Assembly: GCA_965219415.1 (NCBI GenBank)
Contig: OZ244742.1
Location: forward strand, 352,001-416,000
DNA: 64,000 nucleotides
Origin: Candidatus Marinacidobacterales bacterium
GTDB lineage: Bacteria; Acidobacteriota; Vicinamibacteria; Marinacidobacterales; DATDRI01
Direction of reading: 5' to 3'
In this document: piece after piece, positions 58,197-64,000 of the stretch
How the letters are laid out: each line of letters begins with the position of its first letter
How positions within the stretch are numbered: position 1 is the first letter of the stretch
The notes under the pieces: model-generated
Databases searched by the model: none
Told to the model about the DNA's origin: nothing
Seen by the model: the letters and a program-made list of their open reading frames with translations, nothing else
Translations under genes and position numbers: made by a program

Positions 58197-59051
58197 TCAG
58201 GGACGTAGTGCGCTTTCTAGTGCGACCGCAGCATCGGTTCCGGGATCGCGGTACTTGACGATGATGGGCGCGTAGAGATGGAGACCCTCCCGCGAGGCAA
58301 GGCTTCCCCGCGCCGGACGGCTGCCCGGTACAACCACCGCGCCTCGAGGTATGGTCAAGGGGGAATCCTCGCTTGCTCGCAGCACGGTTTCGTTCACTAG
58401 ATCATAGACGGGCGTGGACCGAGTCAATATCGTCCCTGGTGCCAATACCGCTTCCTTTTTAACAATTGTGCCTTCGTAGACGCCGCAGTTCCCTCCCACC
58501 AGAACGCGGTCCTCGATGATCACCGGCATCGCTCCCACCGGCTCGAGAACCCCACCAATCTGCGCAGCGGCAGAAACGTGCACGCGCTTGCCGACCTGAG
58601 CGCAGGACCCCACCAATGCGTGCGAGTCGATCATCGTGCCTTCGTCCACGTAGGCTCCGACGTTCACATACATCGGTGGCATGCAGACGACTCCTCGGCC
58701 GACGAAGGCGCCGGCCCGAATCGAAGAACCGCCCGGTACCACCCGAACCTGCTCGTCGAGCTCTAAGTCCCGAAGCGGAAACGTATGCTTGTCGAAGAAT
58801 CGCATCGGCGGCTTCTTGAAGGAGAAGTCCTCTGTTCGTCCGAGGCGGAATCCCAGCAGAATCCCCTTCTTCACCCAGGTGTTGACGACCCAACCATGAG
58901 GCCCCGGTTCCGCGGCACGCACCTCGCCTCGGGACAGCATCGCCCTGAACTCGAGGAAAGAGCTCTCGGCATCTGATGGGAGGTCGGAACCCTCGAGCTC
59001 GAATAGACGCTCGATGGTTTCTCGCAGAGCGAGCTTAGCCTTCGACGTCAC
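58197..59051 (-). CDS. dapD: Tetrahydrodipicolinate N-succinyltransferase
   Basis: WVKKGILLGF, RVVP, YVNVGAYVDEGTMID, VGSCAQVG, IGGVLEP. Confidence 0.95.
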   Translation of the reverse strand: MTSKAKLALRETIERLFELEGSDLPSDAESSFLEFRAMLSRGEVRAAEPGPHGWVVNTWVKKGILLGFRLGRTEDFSFKKPPMRFFDKHTFPLRDLELDEQVRVVPGGSSIRAGAFVGRGVVCMPPMYVNVGAYVDEGTMIDSHALVGSCAQVGKRVHVSAAAQIGGVLEPVGAMPVIIEDRVLVGGNCGVYEGTIVKKEAVLAPGTILTRSTPVYDLVNETVLRASEDSPLTIPRGAVVVPGSRPARGSLASREGLHLYAPIIVKYRDPGTDAAVALESALRP

Positions 59052-59053
59052 CG

Positions 59054-59962
59054 TTAGCTCCTGTTACGCGTCAACGCTTCGACCAAATCCAGTTGCAGCA
59101 GGTGCTCACGAAGTCGACCGCGGTTCTCTGCGCTCATTGGCACCAGCGGAAGCCGGTAGTGTTCGCCGATAAGCCCCATCATCGCCAGAGCGGCCTTGAT
59201 CGGGATGGGGTTGGTCTCGATGAAATTAGCGTTCATCAATCCTAATAGCTGGAAATGGATCTCCCGGGCTTCGGCCAGTCTCCCCGCCAACGCCTCCCGG
59301 ACCATCCGACTCATCAGCATAGGCACTTCGTTCGAGACCACCGAGATCACTCCATCGCCCCCTAGTGCCAGAATCGGAAAGGTCAGATTATCCTCCCCGG
59401 AAAAAATACTGAAGCCTTCGGGTCGGCGCGCCAGGATCTCCATCACTTGAATGAGGTCCCCCGATGCCTCTTTGACCCCGCGAATGTTCTCGTGCTCGGC
59501 GAGGCGCATAAGGGTCGCGGGCGAAAGATTGGCGCTGGTGCGACCCGGAACGTTGTAGACGATCACCGGTATTTCGATCGCATCAGCCAATTCGGAGAAA
59601 TGTCGAAACAAGCCCTCTTGAGTAGGTTTGTTGTAATAAGGAACAACGGAGAGGATCCCCTCCACCCCCAACGAAGCGACTGCGCGGGCCTGAGCCACGA
59701 CCCTTTCCGTGTTGTTCCCGCCAACGCCGGCGATCACCCGAACCCGCGTGTCGACGCGGTCTCGCACTACTTGGGTAACGCGGAGCTGCTCCTCGCCGCT
59801 CAGCGTGACGCTTTCCCCCGTCGTGCCGCAAGGAACGATCCCCTCCACTCCTCCGTCGATTTGAAGCTCCACGAGCCTCTCCAGCGCCCGTTCGTCCACG
59901 GCGCCGTCGGCTCTAAAGGGGGTCACCACCGCAGTATAAGTTCCCTGCCACGGTTCACTCAT
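59054..59962 (-). CDS. dapA: 4-hydroxy-tetrahydrodipicolinate synthase
   Basis: GTTGES, PYYNKP, YNVPGRT, GVKEASG, SGED, ETNPIPIK. Confidence 0.96.
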   Translation of the reverse strand: MSEPWQGTYTAVVTPFRADGAVDERALERLVELQIDGGVEGIVPCGTTGESVTLSGEEQLRVTQVVRDRVDTRVRVIAGVGGNNTERVVAQARAVASLGVEGILSVVPYYNKPTQEGLFRHFSELADAIEIPVIVYNVPGRTSANLSPATLMRLAEHENIRGVKEASGDLIQVMEILARRPEGFSIFSGEDNLTFPILALGGDGVISVVSNEVPMLMSRMVREALAGRLAEAREIHFQLLGLMNANFIETNPIPIKAALAMMGLIGEHYRLPLVPMSAENRGRLREHLLQLDLVEALTRNRS

Positions 59963-59965
59963 GGC

Positions 59966-60703
59966 TCACTCCAATTCCAACAAATCAGCGAACTCAAAGA
60001 CGCCCTTCTTGCCCCGGACCCACCCCGCGGCAAAAAGCGCACCTCGCGCAAAGCCCTCTCGATTGCGAGCGGTGTGCACTATTTCCACACTGTCGGCCGA
60101 ACTATCAAAGCCAAGCTCGTGCCGACCTGACGCTCCTCCTGCTCTTAGCGAAGAGACATGAAGCGCCTCGGGGTCGATTTTCCCCTCCGGGTTTCCGATC
60201 TGCGTACGGGTTTTACGATCCGTGCTAGCGACGACGATTTCCGACAAACGCAAGGCTGTACCACTGGGCGCATCAACCTTCTCCCGATGGTGATGCTCGA
60301 CGACGTAGGGGTCGTACTCGGAGAATGGGTCGAAGAGTCCAGTGGCGAACTTGGCGAGCTTCAAAAAGAGATTAGCCCCGATCGAAAAATTCGCGCCGTA
60401 GACGAGCGCCGTTTTGTTCACCTCGATCAATTGGCGTGCTTCTCCGAGGCGATCGTACCACCCGGTGGTGCCCACTACGATGGGGACACCGGCCTCTGCT
60501 ACTCGGCGGATGTTCTCGACCACGGCTTCGGGCCAGCTGAAGTCTATGACGACCTCGACCCCGGTCAGAGCCTCCTTGGTGAGACCTATCCCGTCCGGGT
60601 TCGAGTATTCGTCTAAGGAGAGCCGGACCTCGTGCTGGCCTTGAAGCGCCAGCCGCTCCACCTCGGTGCCCATGCGACCTTGGCCGGTGAGACCCAGAAT
60701 CAA
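59966..60703 (-). CDS. dapB: 4-hydroxy-tetrahydrodipicolinate reductase
   Basis: GQGRMG, IDFS, VGTTGW, ANFSIG, EHHHREKVDAPSGTA; TTG start overlapping lysC stop. Confidence 0.95.
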   Translation of the reverse strand: MILGLTGQGRMGTEVERLALQGQHEVRLSLDEYSNPDGIGLTKEALTGVEVVIDFSWPEAVVENIRRVAEAGVPIVVGTTGWYDRLGEARQLIEVNKTALVYGANFSIGANLFLKLAKFATGLFDPFSEYDPYVVEHHHREKVDAPSGTALRLSEIVVASTDRKTRTQIGNPEGKIDPEALHVSSLRAGGASGRHELGFDSSADSVEIVHTARNREGFARGALFAAGWVRGKKGVFEFADLLELE

Positions 60704-62103
60704 GGCACCATCTCCGTATCCACCGATTCGAAGACTTCGGGTTGATCGATACCCGTGAAAAACTCGCGGTGCAACCGTTTGACCGACTCGTCGGCATCTC
60801 CCTCGCGCACGACGAAGGAGAGATTCATTTCCGATGCCCCCTGAGAGATCATCCTCACGTTGATGTCCCCAAGGGCACCGAAGGTGCGAGCAGCGATGCG
60901 CGGAGTAGAGCGGATCTCCTCCCCCACCAGGCACACGATGGCGCAACCTCTTTCCACCGTCACCTCGGAAAACTGCTCGAGCTCCGCGACGATAGACGAT
61001 ATCTTCTCAACCGAATCGACGGTCAAGGAAACGCTGACCTCGGAAGTCGAGACCAGGTCGACTGGAACCTCGTGACGATCGAAGAGCTCGAACATAGATC
61101 TAAGGAAACCGTGGGCCATCAGCATCCGGAGCGACTTGACGTCGATGAGGGTGATGCCTTTCTTGGTAGCGATGGACTTGACCGCGACTCCGGATTTCCG
61201 CGCCCGAGAAGCGATGGTGGTCCCACTGGCTGACGGTCGGCGTGAATTCAATATGCGAACGGGGATGTTGCGGGAGACCGCGGGCTCGATGGTGGCTGGA
61301 TGGAGCACCCGAGCTCCGAAGTACGCGAGCTCCGCCGCCTCGGCGAAGGACAGTTCTCGGATCTTCTTGCCCTCCGGTACTAGACGGTGGTCGGCGGTGA
61401 GCACCCCGTCTACGTCGGTCCAGATCTGTATTTCGTCGGCTCCAAGGGCGGCTCCCAGCAGAGCGGCGCTGTAATCGGATCCTCCGCGGCCTAACGTGGT
61501 GGGCTCACCTTCATCGGTGGCGCCCACGAAGCCTTCGATGATTGGAATCTTGCCTGCCCCCAATACCGGAGCGATCAAATCCTGGCATCTCAGCGCAAGG
61601 GTCCCGGCGTCGGGTCTAGCTTTGCCGAAACGCGAATCGGTGCGCATCACCTCGCGGGCATCAACTAGTTCGGCGTCGAGGCCTCGCGCCTCAGCAGCGG
61701 CGGTTAGCAAGTGGACCGAAAGGCGTTCGCCGTAGCTCACGATCGCATCCTGGATACGGGGGGTAAGTTCGCGCAGCAAGACGACTCCTCGAGTGAAGTC
61801 GCCGAGCTCCTCCGCGTAGCGCGCGACAACATCTGCAACCTCACGCTCGGTGGACTTCGAAAGGCCCAAGTCGAACAAGATCCACCGGTGTCGGCTCACC
61901 AACTGGGACAACACCTCCTCCGCGGCGCGAGTATCACCGGAGAGTGCCGTCTGTCCCATGGCCAACAAGGAGTTTGTAGCTCCCGCGATAGCGGAGACCA
62001 CAACCACCGGATGGCGCTCCTTCTCCTTTTCCACGATCTCGATCACGCGCCGCATGGCGGGACCATCCTGCACCGACGTACCGCCGAACTTCATCACGAT
62101 CAT
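60700..62103 (-). CDS. lysC: Aspartokinase (lysine-sensitive type)
   Basis: MKFGGTSV, TLGRGGSDYSA, WTDVDG, two ACT domains. Confidence 0.95.
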   Translation of the reverse strand: MIVMKFGGTSVQDGPAMRRVIEIVEKEKERHPVVVVSAIAGATNSLLAMGQTALSGDTRAAEEVLSQLVSRHRWILFDLGLSKSTEREVADVVARYAEELGDFTRGVVLLRELTPRIQDAIVSYGERLSVHLLTAAAEARGLDAELVDAREVMRTDSRFGKARPDAGTLALRCQDLIAPVLGAGKIPIIEGFVGATDEGEPTTLGRGGSDYSAALLGAALGADEIQIWTDVDGVLTADHRLVPEGKKIRELSFAEAAELAYFGARVLHPATIEPAVSRNIPVRILNSRRPSASGTTIASRARKSGVAVKSIATKKGITLIDVKSLRMLMAHGFLRSMFELFDRHEVPVDLVSTSEVSVSLTVDSVEKISSIVAELEQFSEVTVERGCAIVCLVGEEIRSTPRIAARTFGALGDINVRMISQGASEMNLSFVVREGDADESVKRLHREFFTGIDQPEVFESVDTEMVP

Positions 62104-63203
62104 GAAAACTCGCCCCCGATCAGTCCTCGCGCCATGGCTAGCTCGGCGTTCAGGATCGAGCCCCCCGCCGCACCTCGAACCGTGTTGTGACCGAGCAAGG
62201 TCATTTTAAAATTGAGGACTGGGCATGGACGCAGCCGCCCCACGATCGTGGCCATGGCGTTCTCACGATAGAGATCCAACATAGGTTGGGGCCGGTCGGG
62301 GCCGTCGAGAACCACGATCGGATGCTGCGGAGCGGTTGGGAGATCCAGCTCCTGAGGCTCCCCGCGAAAAGAAACCAGCGCGTCGTGAATTTTCTCAAGG
62401 CTTGCCGGTTGAGTCGTCTCGAACGAAACGGACTCGGTGTGGCCGTCGAAAACAGGCACTCGGTTGACCTGCGCGGAAAGCTTCATGGACGCCGGTTCAA
62501 CCACCCCCTCCCCCAACTTACCCAAGATCTTTTGCGTCTCCGTTTCCATCTTCTCTTCTTCCCCGGCGATGAAAGGGATCACGTTTCCTAGAATGTCCAT
62601 CGACGGAAGCCCCGGATATCCCGCCCCCGAGACCGCCTGAAGGGTAACGACCGAGAGTCGTCGCAGCCCGAAGGCCCGCTCGAGGGGTGCCAAAGCCATG
62701 GCAAGCACGGTAGTCGAGCAGTTGGCGTTAGTGATGATGAAGCCACGACCCGGCAACTCACGCAGCTTCTTCTGCTTCTCGATCAGCCCCAAATGCTCCG
62801 GGTTGATCTCGGGAATCAGGAGTGGAACGTCGGGCTCCAAACGATAGCTTCGGGCGTTGCTGAAAACCGGCACACCGGCCTTGGCCCAAGCCATTTCTAT
62901 CTCGGGGGCGACCGAAGCAGTGAGCGCCGAGAAAGCGAGGTCTGTCTCGCCGTCCGGTTCCATCCCTTCCACGACTTCGTTTGCTATCTTCTCCGGAATG
63001 GGTGAGGCAAGACGCCACCCACAAGCATCCTGATAACGCTTGCCCGCCGATCGCTCCGAAGCGGCAAGTCGAGCCACCTCGAACCACGGATGCGACGCCA
63101 AGAGCTCGATGAATCTCTGCCCGACTGCACCGGTGGCTCCCAAGATCGCCACTTTCAATCTTGGTTGGCTTGGTTGGCGTGGTTGGCTTGGTTGCCTCGT
63201 CAC
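62100..63203 (-). CDS. asd: Aspartate-semialdehyde dehydrogenase
   Basis: GATGAVGQRF, NANCST, QAVSGAGYPG, EEEKM, RVPVFDGH, HNTVRGAAG. Confidence 0.96.
   Translation of the reverse strand: MTRQPSQPRQPSQPRLKVAILGATGAVGQRFIELLASHPWFEVARLAASERSAGKRYQDACGWRLASPIPEKIANEVVEGMEPDGETDLAFSALTASVAPEIEMAWAKAGVPVFSNARSYRLEPDVPLLIPEINPEHLGLIEKQKKLRELPGRGFIITNANCSTTVLAMALAPLERAFGLRRLSVVTLQAVSGAGYPGLPSMDILGNVIPFIAGEEEKMETETQKILGKLGEGVVEPASMKLSAQVNRVPVFDGHTESVSFETTQPASLEKIHDALVSFRGEPQELDLPTAPQHPIVVLDGPDRPQPMLDLYRENAMATIVGRLRPCPVLNFKMTLLGHNTVRGAAGGSILNAELAMARGLIGGEFS
63162..63197. repeat. In-frame tandem repeat (4 x 9 bp) at the 5' end of asd
   Basis: TGGTTGGCT TGGTTGGCG TGGTTGGCT TGGTTGCCT; encodes RQPSQPRQPSQP. 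Confidence 0.85.
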
Positions 63204-64000
63204 TCGGCTTGCTCCAATAGGCCAATCGCCGCCTGCTGATAAAGCTCTACCGCTCGCAGTGCCTCTTGCTTGCTTATTTTCTCTTCGGAAGTATGCGCAT
63301 CGTGGATCGAACCCGGCCCGAATAGCAAGGGTTTTCCGAACTCGGTAAGCGAGGGGATGTCGGTACCGAAGGCCATCGGGGCAACTTCGAACTCCGGCAG
63401 AGTCTCGCAGAGCACCGCGTCTTTTTTTGACAGGACCTCGTAACTGAGGTTCGGAGTATCGCCGAGTGCCTCCACGAGCTTGTCTTCCACCTCTGATGCT
63501 TTCCCAACCACCCTCACAAGAACTCCCGCCGCCGCTTCCGGTGCGATGACGTTGGGGGCCAGGCCCCCAGAAAGAGTACCGATGTTCACCGTCGCCGGCC
63601 CGAGCACCTCACTCCGTCCCCAGTCAATCTTCCGAATCTTCTGCAGTGCATCCAGGAGCCGATCGGTAGCCGAGTCGCCGAGATGCGGATACGCGGAGTG
63701 AGCGGCCCGCCCCTTCGCTCGCAGTATGAAATAGAAGGTGCCCTTGTGTCCGGATGCCATTCGACTCTCCGTGGGCTCACCGACCAGAACGTATCTAGAG
63801 CCGGGCTTCAGGAGGTTGGCGGTCATCGCTCCGATACTGTCGACTTCCTCACCCACCACGAACAGAAGCCCCACCCCTTCGATGCCCTTCTCACGGAGGC
63901 CGACAACCGCTTCCACCATCGCCGCCATGCACCCTTTTGCATCGCAGGAACCGCGACCGTAGATATACCGATCGTCCTCGGAGCTCGAGTAGAACGGTGG
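63200..64000 (-). CDS. M20 family deacylase (DapE/ArgE-like), 5' end outside window
   Basis: GRGSCDAKG, GEE, VGEPT, GRAAHS, FGPGSIHDAHTSEE; upstream of asd in the dap operon. Confidence 0.88.
   Translation of the reverse strand, partial: PPFYSSSEDDRYIYGRGSCDAKGCMAAMVEAVVGLREKGIEGVGLLFVVGEEVDSIGAMTANLLKPGSRYVLVGEPTESRMASGHKGTFYFILRAKGRAAHSAYPHLGDSATDRLLDALQKIRKIDWGRSEVLGPATVNIGTLSGGLAPNVIAPEAAAGVLVRVVGKASEVEDKLVEALGDTPNLSYEVLSKKDAVLCETLPEFEVAPMAFGTDIPSLTEFGKPLLFGPGSIHDAHTSEEKISKQEALRAVELYQQAAIGLLEQAE

Noticed and set aside
1-64000. rRNA, tRNA or CRISPR arrays
   Set aside because: No intergenic region shows such structures by eye; tRNAscan/Infernal were not run

Overview
GC-rich bacterial chromosomal segment. 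The Oar-type TonB receptor, GWxTD, CRTAC1/ASPIC-UnbV, DUF4097 and many TPR genes suggest Acidobacteriota (inference). Housekeeping blocks: xerD-murJ-fadE, rpsT/holA-lptE-leuS, mutY, and a lysine/DAP operon (M20/dapE-asd-lysC-dapB-dapA-dapD-aminotransferase). There are two accessory blocks. (1) A 10-gene Mrp/Mbh-type antiporter operon with three large antiporter-like subunits, bracketed by inverted copies of a small repeat. (2) The best candidate for an undescribed system, a nucleoside/riboside-scavenging locus at ~17.9-35.6 kb with satellite genes to ~47 kb. It holds a TonB-dependent receptor, four signal-peptide-bearing nucleoside hydrolases with three active-site signatures, a lipoprotein cytidine-deaminase homologue, a GRP/ureide-type transporter, ribokinase, an ADP-ribosylglycohydrolase and a CblS-like (alpha-ribazole kinase-like) protein. 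Nearby are alkaline phosphatase, an MTA/SAH-type deaminase, a LOG protein and an NCS2 permease. Mobile DNA: an IS30-family element in a YdcZ-type gene, a 31-bp perfect palindrome with an 8-bp target duplication in a phosphodiesterase pseudogene, and three families of short intergenic repeats. Many single-base frameshifts point to long-read indel errors. No rRNA, tRNA or CRISPR array was seen. All calls are from motif recognition; no database searches were run.
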